Assembly (NCBI GenBank): GCA_050273025.1
Contig: CP158636.1
Location: forward strand, 2,232,001 to 2,296,000
DNA: 64,000 nt
Direction of reading: 5' to 3'
Source of the DNA: Cenococcum geophilum
Taxonomy: Eukaryota
Shown here: positions 12,551-26,157 of the stretch, in pieces
Layout: every line of letters begins with the position of its first letter
Position numbering within the stretch: position 1 is the first letter of the stretch
Notes under the pieces: generated by a model
What the model was told of the DNA's origin: nothing
Databases searched by the model: none
What the model saw: the letters and a program-made list of their open reading frames with translations, nothing else
Position numbers and translations under genes: made by a program

Positions 12551-14391
12551 ACGTGTTTTATAAGCGAGCGACGCACCTAAGCAAGCGACGCGCGCCCCAC
12601 CAGCACGTCAATTGCGTAGTAATAATATGCAATATCTTAATAACGTAATATCTAAAAGACTTCTTCCGAAGTAGATATATAGCTTACTATCTTTAATATT
12701 AAATCCTAGCAGATTTTAAGTATTTAATACGCTGCAAAAGTATATAATGTCCTTAAAGCCTTAGTTCGCCACCGTCGCGCTAGATAACGTATAAGACGCG
12801 ACTACAAACTGAACTTAAAGCGCCTTATAAAACTAGAAGAGGAGGTTATTATTTAGAGTATCCTTAATTACTCTTTACGTGGGCTACCGCCCTTAAAGGC
12901 TATAGTATAAGATATAGCTGATAAACTGCTAAGAGAACGAGGTGGTAAGCCTGTTGGTAAGAACTAGGTTAATAACTTTATTAAGCGTATACCTGAGCTA
13001 AAAACACGCTGGAGCTGTCCGTATAATTAACAGCGAGCTCTTTATAAGGATCCAGCGCTTATCTAGCGCTGGTTTAAGCTTGTTCGGACTATAAAAGAGA
13101 AGTATGGTATTACTAATAAGGATATATAGAATTTTAATAAGTCTAGCTTCCTTATAGGCAAGATTACACCTTAGCTTATAGTAACAGGCTTAGAGAAACC
13201 CGGGAAAGTAAAGAAACTTTAACCTGGCGATTATAAGTGGGTTACCCTAGTACAAGCCGTTAGGGCGATAGGGAAGCGCATACTACCCTTTATTATTTTT
13301 ACTAGTAAGGTTCTAATCTTAACCTAGTTCGACCTAGGTATACCACGTAATTAGGTAATATTAGTTAGTCTAAATGGCTGGATAAGTAACGATCTAGCGC
13401 TTACCTAGCTTAAACACTTTAATAAGCATGCGAAGCCCGTGGGGGTATATAGAATGCTTATTATTAATAGCTATAAGAGCCATTGCTCTATAGATTTCTA
13501 GGACTACTGTAAGGAAAAGAAGATAATTACTCTCTATATACCTGCCTATTTATTACACCTATTGTAGCCTCTTAACGTCGCCTACTTCTCGCCGTTAAAG
13601 CGCGCGTATAGCGATGGTATATCGGCCTTGGCACGCAACCACGTCCACTATATTAGTAAGGAACCTTCCTACTAGCCTTTAAAGCTGCCTACAAGCAGAC
13701 ATTTACTAAGAATAATGCTTAAGCAGGGTTTCGAGGCGCTAGGCTTATTCTATTTAACCCAGAGGTAGTGCTATTAAAGCTTAATATGAGGTTGCGGACT
13801 CTAACTCTACTACGGCAAGATGGCGTTATATAGAAGGTAAAGATACCGCGCAACGCTAAAGAACTAGAGGCTTAGACTACACTTATTTAATAGAGAATAA
13901 GAAACCGCCCTAGGTCTTCTAGAAGTTTATTAAATAAGTAAGTATAATAGCTAAGTAAAGGCGCCTAGCAGATAGCTTATAATATAGTGTTAATATAAGA
14001 AGAAATAGGCCGCCTATAAGACGCTGTTAAGGCGTTAACAAAGCGTAAAATATATAAAAGGCGGTATATATAGACAGAGGAGACGCTAACGGTTGGGGAG
14101 GTATCTAACTTTATTGCTAAAAGGGAAGGTAGTAGTTGTAACGACGGCGACACGGCTGCGAAGAGGGTACGCGTTGGTAGACGCTGCGGGCGCTGCGGTG
14201 AGGTTGGATATAATACCCGCACTTATACAGCAGATATAGAGCAATTAGATAATAGCAATAGCTCTAAAGAATAGTATAATACTACACCGAGTATAAGAAA
14301 TTGTTGCGGTATTATAATATAGCGCTGCGTAGTCGACGCGCTAGTGGGGCGCGTCGCTCGCTTGAGTACGTCACTCGCTTACAAAACACAT
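12551..14391 (+). mobile_element. pogo/Fot1-type (Tc1/mariner superfamily) DNA transposon, 1841 bp
   Basis: ~65-bp TIRs starting ACGTGTTTT; TA duplicated at 12549-50 and 14392-93; the empty site is visible in copy E at ~42225-42240. Confidence 0.95.
12627..14273 (+). pseudogene. Fot1/pogo transposase (HTH, CENP-B-type HTH, DDE_1, C-terminal CCHC knuckle)
   Basis: VGKN(W)VNNFIKR; NFNKSSF (NFDETGF-type); LIINSYKSH (DGHESH); HLL(Q)PLNV; RRCGRCGEVG(H)NTRT(C). Confidence 0.92.
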
Positions 14392-16645
14392 TACAGCTTA
14401 TCTATAAGGAAGTATTTTCTTATTACTACGTTATAATAGCCCTTTATATATTGTTTTTTTAAATCTAGTAAAGATCCCTAGATCCTCTTTATCTTCTAGT
14501 TTAGTAAGCTACTTAGCTCTTAGTATACCTACCCTAGGCCTATTAGTAATCCTTTATACTAGTACTCTATCCCTTATATAACCTAATATACTAAATCTCT
14601 TATTTAGTTTCTATTCTTACTATATAATAATTCTTTATCTAAATTCCTCTATAGTTTTTTTAGTTTATATCTTATAAATAGATCCTTAAAGTTTTCTTAC
14701 TTCTTAATCTTAGTATTAATATTTTAATTTCATTACCAAGTCCTACTCGCAATTTCTTTAATAGTCCTTATTTAGTTACTAGAATCTTAGTTCTATAAGA
14801 TTTTTAATCTTAAGCTTACTTTTATCTTAAGCTTTACTCTAGCCTTAGTATAACTAGGCTTCTTTAGTATTCTTATCTTATCTTAAGAGTCTTAAATCTT
14901 ACTTATCTCGTCTTAAGAGTCTTATATTTTTAGGAAACTTCGTCCTAAGCTTATTTGTATATTACTAAACTAAGCTATTACCTTACTCTATTAGTTATTA
15001 TCTATTATAGGTCCTTAAGCTTACCTTATCTTATCTTAAGAATCTTAGTTATCTTATATCTTATTTTAAGAATCTTAAGTCTCTAGCCTTTTACCTTTAT
15101 TAAATACTAAAGTAGTTTATTATCCTACTCCTCTTATATCTTATAAAGTAATAGATATTATATCTAGTGGGGTTTTAATCCCTACTAATATTCCCTATTT
15201 TATAGTGGAATTATTCTTTACCTCTTATATAATATTTCTAAGATCTATATACTTCTAGTAAGCTACCTTTATAGCCTTATTATTACTAAATATTTCGCCT
15301 ATATTAAACTTATTATCCTTAATATCCAATTTATAAACTAGTTTATTAGTTCCTCTATATTTTATAAGTTTTAGCTTTTATAGCTAATAGCTTATATTAT
15401 ACTTAGCGTCTTTATAAATTTAGTATATGTTATTATAATAAAACGTAAAACTTTTAATTAAATACTCTTTTATTTCTTATAATATATTATTATCTCTATA
15501 TATATATATATTATTTACTAGTCTTATTTCTTTTACTATATAATAACTTTAACTACTTTTATAGTCTTTAATATAATAACCCTATTTTCTATAATTTATA
15601 TAAGCTCCTTTTTTAAACTATTTTTATTATTATAGAGTCCGCCTAAATATCTTTTACTACTAAGATCCCTAGTTTAGCCTCTACTTTTTAAACCTTTAAT
15701 TACTTAATTCTAATCCTTTAGGTTTCTATAATTTCCTATTCTACTTTTTAAATTTTTTAATACTACTTAAGTCTATTAGCTTTACGCTATACTATAGTTT
15801 TTACCTTTAACTTTATTATTACGTATTTTGCGCCTTATATAACTATAAAACTTTATTCTAACTCTTCTTAGTCTACTCTCTTTAGTAGATCCTATTATTA
15901 ATCTTAATTACTTAATTAATTAAATTTCTAAAAGTATCCGTATCTTTTATTAAAATAATTATATCCTAAAATTTTACTTTAAGTTATTGCTTATACTATA
16001 CTATAAGCGCCTTATTATTCTATTTAACCTATATTACTAATATTTAAAACTATATTATATACTTAATTACTAAAGTCCTTTATACTAGGTTTTAAAGCTT
16101 TCTTTTTACTATTATAGTTACCTCTAGGTTTCTAAATATTTATATTAATTATTCTATAAACCTATTTTAACTTAAGAATATATATTAAACTTCCTAGTTA
16201 GTAGTTATTATACTATATTCTTATATTTCCGTAAGGTAAAATTTAAACCACTTAAGTGCCCTTTCTATTAAGAATAATCCTATATAAGTAACTTAATTTA
16301 TAAACATTTCTAGTTTAACTCCTTCTTATATAACCTTAAAGTGCATTTATATAAGAAATCCCTTAAGCTTTAACTTCTTTCTTAAGAATTGCTTAATTAA
16401 GGGTAACTTAACCTTAGCTACTCCGATTCTACTAATCCTTTCTTTAAATATCTTATTATTATCTATTAATTAGTTAACTATTTCCTATAGCTATCTAATA
16501 GTAACTAGTTAAGAGTTAGTATTTTTTACTATACTAGTATTATTACCTAATCTTAATATAGTCGCTATTATTAACGGCGTTATAGCTAGTACTTTTAGTG
16601 GCATATTATTTAACTTTATTAATACTATAACCTTAGTAGTAAATA

Positions 16646-17065
16646 AATAACAAAGCCTTATAGTAGGAACTATAGTAGACTTATTAATAGGCCAGGTATA
16701 TAGGTAAATAAGAAGTTAATAATATAATAATAACCGGTAGAGTAGTTACCTAATAGATTAACTCTAATTATATTCTAAGATTTACTATAAAGGAGAGAGC
16801 TATCTAGGTAGGAACTGTGGTTCTTTAAATATATAACTATATTTTTAAAAAATCCCCTTTATATATAAGATACGTATTATATATATTATATATACATTCC
16901 CTTTATATACTGCGTATACTATATATAACGTTATATAACCTTACTTACTATTCCTTATTATATAGCTCTATTAGCTCTATTCTAAACTATGCCTAAATTA
17001 ACTAACTAGCCTCTTCCGACTCTTCTTTAAGTAGTTATAATATTGTACTTAAAGCGTCTATAACA
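16646..17065 (-). repeat. 5' LTR of Gypsy copy B
   Basis: Reverse complement of the family 1 LTR, ending ...TAACA. Confidence 0.93.
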
Positions 17066-17400
17066 CTTTCCCCTCTAAATTTTTTCCTTACTAAGGTTTT
17101 TTATAAGGTTTTATTAAGGCTTAAGTATATAAAGGATTAGGAACGACCCTTTTTAAAGGGGGGGGGCATTATTAGGTAAAACCTAAGTAGATAGTTATAT
17201 AGCTATAAGGTATAGGCGACCCTAGGGCAACCTAAGGGTGACTTACCCGTAAGGTACGTACTCTATATATACTTAGGGGAAACCCTTCCTACCTTATATA
17301 CAGACTCCTCCTTTTCCCTTAAGGATTTGTCTGTCTATACAATATACCTATTATTCTATTATTAGACTCCCTATCTACATTCTTACCTTATAGCTTAATA
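17066..17400 (+). mobile_element. 3' end (3' UTR, polypurine tract, ~231-bp LTR at 17170-17400) of another LTR element F, probably Gypsy, into which B inserted
   Basis: AAAGGGGGGGGG tract at 17155-17166 followed by TATTAGG...CTTAATA (RIP-modified TG...CA); integrase sequence of element D resumes at 17401. Confidence 0.65.
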
Positions 17401-19907
17401 GGAATAAATTAGAAATTAATAAATAGGATATAGAAATTAATAAATTAATAAAGTATAAATATAAGAATAACCTTTAGATAATAGATATAATAAAAGTAAT
17501 TTAAATAGGGAAATGGTAATATAAGGATATTATACTTACTAAATGCAAAATCTATAATAACTGGTTATTATTATAGACGCTTTAAGTACAATATTACGAC
17601 TACTAGGAGAGAAGTCAGAAGCAGCTAGTTGGTTAATTAAGGTATAGTCTAAAATGGAGCTAATAGAACTATATAACAAGGAATAGTAACTAAAGTTATA
17701 TAACGTGCTATATATTAAACGCGAGAAATAAAAGAAACTTATATACCTTATATATAAAACGTACTTTACGTATAAAGAGGATTTCTTAGGAGTATAGTTA
17801 TATATTTAAAGGACTACAGTCTCTACCTAAATAGTTCTTCTCTTTTTATAGTAAATCTTAAAATATAATTAGAGTTAATCTATTAGGCAACTACTCTACT
17901 AGTTATATTTATATTATTAACTATTCTATACCTATATACGCAGCTTATTAATAAGTTTACTATAGTTCCTACTATAAGGCTTTATTATATATTTACTACT
18001 AAGGTTATAGTAAAAGAAGTTAAATAATATGCTACCAAAAGTAGTAGCTATAACGGCGTCTATAGCGGCGACTACCTTAAAATTAGGTAATAATACTAGT
18101 ATAGTAAATACTAACTTATAACTAGTTACTGTTAAATAGCTATAAGAAATAGTTAATTAATTAATAAATAATAATAGGATATTTAAAGAAAGCATTAATG
18201 GGATTAGAGTAGCTAAGGTTAAGTTACCCTTAATTAAGCGATTTTTAGAAGAAAAGTTAAAGCTTAAGGAATTCCTTATATAAATATACTTTAAAGTTAT
18301 ATAAAAAGGAGTTAAACTAGAAACGCTTATAGATTAAATTACTTATATAGGATTATTTTTAATAAGAAGGGCACTTAAGTAGTTTAAGCCTTACCTTATA
18401 GAGGTATAGGAGTATAGCATAATAACTATTAACTAGGAAGTATAGTATATATTCTTAAATTAAAATAGGTTTATAAAATAATTAATATAAATATTTAAAG
18501 ACCTAAAGGTAACTACTATAGTAAAAAGAAAGCTTTAAAACCTAGTATAAAGAACTTTAGTAATTAAATATATAATATAGTTTTAAATATTAGTAATATA
18601 GGTTAAATAGAATAATAAAGCGCTTATAGTATAGTATAAATAAGGACTTAAGGTAAAAGTTTAGAATATAATTATTTTAATAGAAGATACGGATAATTAT
18701 AGGGATTTAATTAATTAAGTAATTAAAATTAATAATAGGATTTATTAAAGAGAGTAAACTAAAAAGGGTTAAAATAAAGTTTTATAGTTATATAAGGCGC
18801 AAAACATATAATAATAAAGTTAAAGTTAAAAACTATAATATAGCGCAGAGCTAATAGACCTAAGTAGTACTAAAGAATTTAAAAAATAAAATAAGAAATT
18901 ATAGAAACCTAAAAAATAAGAATTAAGTAATTAAAGGTCTAAGAAGTAAAGGCTAAACTAGGGATCTTAGTAGTAGAAGATATTTAGGCAGACTCTATAA
19001 TAGGAAAAATAGTTTAAAAAAGAAGCTTATATAAATTATAGAAAATAGAGTTATTACGTTAAAGACTATAAAAGTAGTTATAGTTACTATATAATAAAAG
19101 AAATAAGATTAGTAGACAATATATACGTATAAAGGGACAATAATATACTATAAGGAATAAAAATATATTTAATTAAAAGTTTTACGTTTTATTATAATAA
19201 CGTATACTAAATTTATAAAGACGCTAAGTATAGCGTAAGCTATTAGCTATAGGAGCTAAAATTATTAAAGTTTAGAGGAACTAATAAACTAGTTTATAAA
19301 TTGGATATTAAGGATAATAATTTTAATATAGGCGAAATATTTAATAATAAAAGTAGCTTACTAGGAGTATATAGACTTTAAAGATATTATATAAAAGGTA
19401 GAGGATAATTTTACTATAAAATAGGGAATATTGGTAGGGATTAAGACCCTACTAGATATAATATCTATTACTTTATAAGATATAAGAGAAGTAGAATAGC
19501 AAATTACTTTAGCACTTAATAAAGGCAAAAGGCTAAAAACTTAAGATTCTTAAGATAAGATAAAAGATTTTTAAGACAAAATAAGGTAAGCTTAAGGACC
19601 TATAATAAATAATAACCGATAAAGTAGAGTAACGGCTTAGTTTAGTAATATATAAATAAGCTTAGGACGAAGTTTCCTAAAGATATAAGACTCTTAAGAC
19701 GAGATAAGTAAGATTTAAAACTTTTAAGATAAGAGGAGAATACTAAAAAAGCCTAATTGGACTAAGACTAAAGTAAAGCTTAAGAAAAAAGTAAGCTTAA
19801 AATTAAAAATCTTATAGGACTAAGATTTTAGCAATAAAATAAAAACTATTAAAGAAATTGCGAGTAAGGCTTAGTAACTAGATTAAAATATTAATACTAA
19901 AACTAAG

Positions 19908-22900
19908 TGTTGGACTCACAAGGGGATATCACGTAGCTACGGTTCGTAGATAGTATGATAATTGTTATTCTTCTATTCTTAAAGAAAGGGGTAAGGAACT
20001 TAAGGTTCCTCACCACGCTAGTGCCGCGGCGGCACGTGATGGCAACTTGCCATACGTGACGGTAATATGCCTTATATGGTGACCATTTGCCTTTATTCCT
20101 AACACTAGCAACTCTTCTTTTGTGGTTGCCATCTATATATATATACCGCTTAACTAGCAGAACAAAAATTAATCCTCCTTACTTACTATTGCTATTGCAA
20201 TATAAGTCTCGCTGTCCTAAAATTTGCCTCTTAGCACGTAGTGCTTTCTTGCTTATAAGTTATAGGTAGGTATCTTGTTAGTAGGGCCGCCAAGGCGCTA
20301 GCGGTAAGCGAGCTAATAGCGATTTTCCATCCCGGGGATGGAAAATCCTAATTGGCTGGTTTAAGTTAGGGTTTGCAGAATCTAACCAATTAGACAACTT
20401 TAACCGCCGGTCAAAGTTCCTGGATATCTTAAGACCTTACATAACTAAGAAATTTCTAGGGACTCCCTTTTAACCCAACCTTTAACTCGTACACGTAGAG
20501 TATTTGTATTAACAAACGTCTCTAGTGCCTTGTTTAGGTTCGCCTTTATTATTATATCTACCGGGTTATCTTAGCCATTAATCTATTAAATCTTAAAGAG
20601 TTCTTAACGCTCGTAGGATTGCCGAAGTACTATAATATCGATTATAAGGCGCTTCTTCTTCGTGGTATTAAGCTTAACTAAACACTTATAGAGGGAAAAT
20701 AAATCGGTGCATACGATTATAGGGATAACGGAAAGTTTAAGTTAATCTATAATTATCTTTAGGGTAGTTCTAATTGCAATTGCTATATCAACTCCGCTAA
20801 CTATTTTATATATCTCTAACGCCAAAACACTTTAGGTAACGCGCTTGCTCTTAATTAAGCTTTAATAGATAAGATTGCCATAGATTATAAAGTTATTCTC
20901 TTTAGTAAATTCGTTCGCGATAATAATCTTATATCCTAACTAGGAGCTAAAATCTTTATTATTTGTAAACGATCCATTAATAAATATAAAGAGCTTGGCG
21001 GTAGGAAGATTAATAGGCACGTAAAGTAGTCCCCAATTAAGATAGTTCATTTACCAGAAAAGACGTTTATTTAGGGCAAGAACGTCGTCCTTAGTTGGTT
21101 CCTAGTGTTAGGCGGTAACGGAGAGATTAAATAAAGCCTTAGGTTAATAGATAGAAGCAATATAAGCTCCGCGAGCGCGTTACTCTACGTATCCTTACTT
21201 TAGGGAATTAACGTTAATAACGTTGATCTTCTTACCTTAACCCTTCTGGCGCAAAGTAATGGAATCCTCGTTTAGGGAGAGGATGCATCTATTAAAGAGT
21301 AATAGTATTGTTAAGTTAAGCTTTTCCTTTAGCTTTGCTATAAGATTTGCCTTTACTAGCTTATCCTCTTTAAGAGCTGAGAATTGGTCGTCTCCTAAGA
21401 TAATTATATTATTAGTTTATATACCGACGATTCCGAATAGGGTTCCCGTAATTATAATAAGGAAGCAGGGATTAAATATAGAAGTAGTTATTAAAAGCTT
21501 CTCTTTATAGTGCTTGCTGTAGGTAGCCCACCAGTGAGTTCCTACCTCTACAATTCTATACAATGGCTTAAGCACAACCATGATCGTGTTTTTAGGATAC
21601 TGGTGGCGAATTTGCTCTGGAAGGTATGCCAATATTAAGCGCTAAAGGTGCGTCTCTAATTGGGTGTAGGCTTAAGTAATATCTTATAAATAAACTGCTA
21701 TTTTATTCTTTATTAAGGAGGGAGCTAATGTAACAATAACTCGCTGACTAGCTCGTTAAATTATAGGAGATTGTATAAGAATTATCTCTTTGCTATTATC
21801 GTTATAACCTTAGATAATAAGCCTTAATTTCTTAAATGGGGCGTTAGTAGCTTTGCCCTTAATCTCGTTGACTATTCTTGACTTAAAGATGCGAACTTTA
21901 TCGAACTTAGTAGGGTTATATTTCTTAAATTTAAAGACTCCTCTTGTAATAAGACCGTCGATCTCCTGCTTGTCAGATGCTTAGAAAGGAGCTCCTAGGG
22001 TTGTAATACAACCTTCCTTTTAGAGCTGTTTTGCGAGCTTAAAGTCAGCCTTCTCTTTGGCTGTTATAAAGGCCATTGATAACTTGACTCTACTCTCTAT
22101 AGCAGCAACAAATTGCTCTTTGAAATTAATAAGATGTTGGCGATTTTGTAATCCCTTCGGGCGACCTCTACCGCGTCGTGGTTGCGGCACGTCTACTACA
22201 ATTATATCAGGATTACAGTCGCCTTCTAGGGCACGTTAATCGTGGTTCTCCTCTAGGGCATCTTTTAGGGCATCTTCTGGGGCATCCTGTAAAGGCTTGG
22301 AACTGTTATCTTTATAATAGGGCCTAATAACGGTTGAACGGAATTAAGTAGGTCTATGGGGCATCTAAAGAGTGTAAGTTTAACTATTAATTGTAATAAG
22401 TTTATGTGGGCCTAACCATCCTCCCTTTTCACGCCATACCCGTACTTTAGATTAGAGTGGCAGATTAAGCATAGTCGAGGTGTTTGGGCCATTTCTTATT
22501 CCTAGTACATTATTGACCTGGCGCGTAGCGTATAGACGTTATACCTCCTTCGTTGCTTTGCGAATAGCCTCAGCTCATTATATAATAGAGGGAGATAGTG
22601 GAGAATTATTAGTTATTTAAGGGTAGGCGCCAAAGACTAGCAATATAGGTACGAGTCCATCCGGGCCAGCGGAATTGTTAATAGCTTTAACAGCTATTTG
22701 CAAGGTAAGTTCTTCGCTAGCGTCCTTTAGTTTTAAAGAGATAATCTTATATACGCGGCGTAATGGCGTGTAATATTGCTCCACTTTTCTAATACTATTA
22801 TATGCCTTAATAGGGACTTTTTTAACCTTAATTACTATTGCCTTTGTTTGTTGTCGGAACTCTATAGATAAGAAGTTCTTTCCTATATTATAGACGATTT

Positions 22901-25900
22901 GATTAGGGGGTCCTAGGTAGACATTAATCCAGTATAACTAAAGGGTATCCTATACGTTCCTAGCTAATATATCCTTTAAGAATTATGCGGCTTAGAAGGA
23001 GGTTGCGAAGTCAACAACTTAGAGTACTGGCTTGCCGCTAAGGTATATAACGTTAACGATGATACAGAAGTTAAAGTTGTAGTTATCTTTAAGGGTAAAC
23101 TTAAATCGGCCAGGGGACCTCTGGTTTATTTAGTAGTGGTGGCAGTATTTTATAAGATGCTTAATTGCCTTAACCTTAACTTTATGGCCTACTCGCTGAA
23201 GAACCCTAAGCAATTAGTAAACTAATAGGTAACTAAAACAACAGTATAGTTGGCGTAACTTTAACTTAGTTAAATGGCTTTAAGCAACACTTTTTTCTAG
23301 TTATTAAAGGAGCAGCTAAGGGTGACCCTACTTATATATAATAGGCACCCGATTATCTCCCTACACGAGCATATTCTTAAGGTTATTAAGCTTAACGCCT
23401 AGTTTATCTATATCTTTAATGTAAAATAGAAACGGGGTGTTTGTAGGAACAACGTGAAAAGTAATATACCCTAAGGGGGTTTAAACCCTAATTGTGCTGA
23501 GAGAGATTATAGTACCTTTGCCAAAACAAATCGTGTATTAGCCTGCTGTTAAATAGTCAATCTAAATAGAGCTATTAAGCTACTAAAGGGCTTAAACTTA
23601 AGGTTCTCCTACTATAGATACTCCTGCGGCTCTAGTATCCGGTATAATACTATAGAAGACGTTCGCCGAGTATTTGTCGTTAAAGGAAAACGCAGAGCTC
23701 TCCTTTGGCTTGTTAAAGATATCTAACTTCGTAATAAAATAGAGCGTAGATTGGTTATTAAGAACAGCAACGGTTTATATGCCATTTACCTTACTATACT
23801 TAGTAAAGTATTAGTTAGGTAAGTAATCCTCAATTTCTATATCTATAAGGAGCTATTTAGTCTTATTAACCTCACCCTTAAGGTCTTTTACGCCTTCGTA
23901 TTAAACCAGGAAGCTTTAGAAGTAGGCCGTAGTAACCTTACAATTTTTGACATTTCTTGCACTCTAACGGAACTTATTATATACCTCTTTTCGCTTATTA
24001 AGGGAGTGTCTAGTTAACTAGCAATTTGGCTTCTTATAAACGTAGCACTTCTTTTAGTAATTACTTCGAAATAAACCTCTACAAGGACCTCCATAATTAC
24101 CTTATAGTTAACATTAATTGTACCCTTTGCTGTATTCCCTACTACGGCCGCCATATGTTTAATTAGTCCAGTTGTAATTATATTAGTTGGGAACGCTTAG
24201 TTGGGTAGGGCTTTCGGTATAGAGCTGTTGAGATTCTTATGTTTGTATTGTAGTACCTACGGCGAAGCATAGCTCGGTATATACTCCTTTAAATGTGTTT
24301 ATAGGTTTATATAGCGCCAAGTTACACTTAGGAACGCCACGGCATGCTAAGATAACCTGGTCCCTTAGGCTGTTCTCGTTTTAGTAAGTTTCGGTAAGTC
24401 TATATTAGATTTTCTGGAGTTTATTAAAGAGTAGTTAAAGACACTCTAGGTAAGTCGTTGTTGGGTTAAAAGCGATAACTCTCTAGAATATAGTCTCCCG
24501 CTATTTGGATATATAGAGTTAGCGGTTCTTATTGGTTTTAAAGTGGGCTCTAGTAAGCTGAAGCATTATATTAAAGCTATAGTTTTTACCTACGATATAG
24601 TCGTAATAGAATGTTGCCGCCCGTCCCTTTAACATGACAGAGAAAGCATAATGGAACTAATAGCGTTAAATTCTAACCTTATTGCAGCAGTTATAAAAGA
24701 CCTATAGTTTTGCTCCGAGCATGTCGTATAATTCTCCTCTAAACTTCTTCTCTTCGTCTAAATATACCTTTATTAGATTCGTGACTTCTTAAGATAGAGG
24801 CTTATTGGTTGGCTGGGATAGAGGAGTTAGAGGTAGTAAAGGTAGAGGAAGAGTACCTCTAGGTAGTAGAGCACCTTTAGGTAGGAGAGTAGCGTTTTAG
24901 GGGTTTTGTTCTAAATTAAAGTTGCTTTTTAAAGAATATAGGTTGGTTTTGGGTTTCCGTAGTTAATGTGTAATCTTAGCTTCCGTCTATACTGGTTCTT
25001 CTATACTAGTAAAAATGGCGTAAATATTACTAGTAATTGGGTTACCGTCCTTAGCAACGTACACCCTATTCCTTTAGAGGGAGTCTTAAAAATTCTGAAT
25101 AATATTAATATTACTAAGTGCCTAGGTGTCGGCGGTCTATCCTATAAAATCCTCCCTAAAGTATTCCCATAACTGTAAATCGGCGTAGTAGCTATCTTGG
25201 TAGAATAGAATATAGTGTAGAAGAAAGCCGTTAACTTATTTTACGGTATAGGTTGTTGCATTAAAGGTAAATGCGTCCTAATCTTCATTAATAAGTTTCG
25301 TATATATAGCTACCCCTAGTAGTAAGGAGTCTCTTTAGTTGTTTGGAGTGGCCATAGTTATATCTTTAGAGGAAGGGAATATTGGTAGTGTAGGGATTGT
25401 CGTTTAGTACGCGTTCGTGATATATATTTGCGATTATAGGGCTTAGGACTAGTTTTGGCCTTAAATCGCGAAGACTTGTAAAGCGTGTTGTTCTGCGTAA
25501 TGGACGTAAGAATCCGTAATCTTAGAAAGGCTTAGGACCAGTTTTGGCCTTTAAATCCTTAGATTCGTGGAAGAGTTCTATTTAAGGTTTAGGACCAGTT
25601 CTAACCTTAAAAGACAGCTTCCTCTAGCACAAGTAGCACTAGTATAGTGGCTTATCTCTTCTTGGTAAAAACCTAGCTGTTCTATAGTATAACTGTGAAG
25701 TTAACCACTGATTAGTATTGGACTTATAAGGGGATATTACGTAGCTACGGTTCGTAGATAGTATGATGATTGTTGTTCTTCTATTCTTAAAGAAAGGGGT
25801 AAGGAACTTAAGGTTCCTTACCACGCTAGTGCCGCGGCGGCACGTGATGGCAACTTGCTATACGTGACGGCAATATGCCTCATATGGTGACTATTTGCCT

Positions 25901-25912
25901 TTATTCCCAACA
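19908..25912 (-). mobile_element. Ty1/Copia LTR retrotransposon L (GalEa-like), full length
   Basis: 197-bp LTRs 19908-20104 and 25716-25912; TSD CTAAG; order gag (CCHC ~24020-24060)-protease (DTRAAG, i.e. DTGAA-type)-integrase-RT (QTDD-type)-RNaseH; CTGATCAGT-like hairpin next to the 5' LTR. Confidence 0.95.
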
Positions 25913-26157
25913 CTAAGAAGTAAGATAACTTTAAGGATTTATATATAAGACGTAAACTAAAAAAAACTATAGAAGAATTTAGATAAAGAATTATTATATA
26001 GTAAGAATAGAAACTAAATAAGAGATTTAGTATACTAGGGCGTATAAAAAATAGGGTACTTATATAAAGAATTACTAATAGGCCTAGAGTAAGCATATTA
26101 AGAGCTAAGTGGTTTACTAAATTAGAAAACGAAGAGAATTTAAAAATCCTTACTAGG

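Larger units (their letters stand above)
4179..17065 (-). mobile_element. Gypsy family 1 copy B (3' end outside window), interrupted by copy A, the Ngaro element and a pogo element
   Basis: Reverse-complement match to copy A integrase/RNaseH/RT; protease KVLIDS (LVDSG-type) ~11770-11795; gag ~15700-16610; 5' LTR 16646-17065. Confidence 0.93.

Noticed and set aside
17990..18010. Self-priming PBS for Gypsy family 1
   Set aside because: No tRNA-type TGG start is visible, but RIP prevents a convincing match to a complementary LTR segment by eye.
20311..20357. Hammerhead ribozyme reading of the dyad (CTGATG...GAAA)
   Set aside because: Copy K shows CCAAT rather than CTGATGA at that position, the other stems are not evident, and the module occurs in both orientations.
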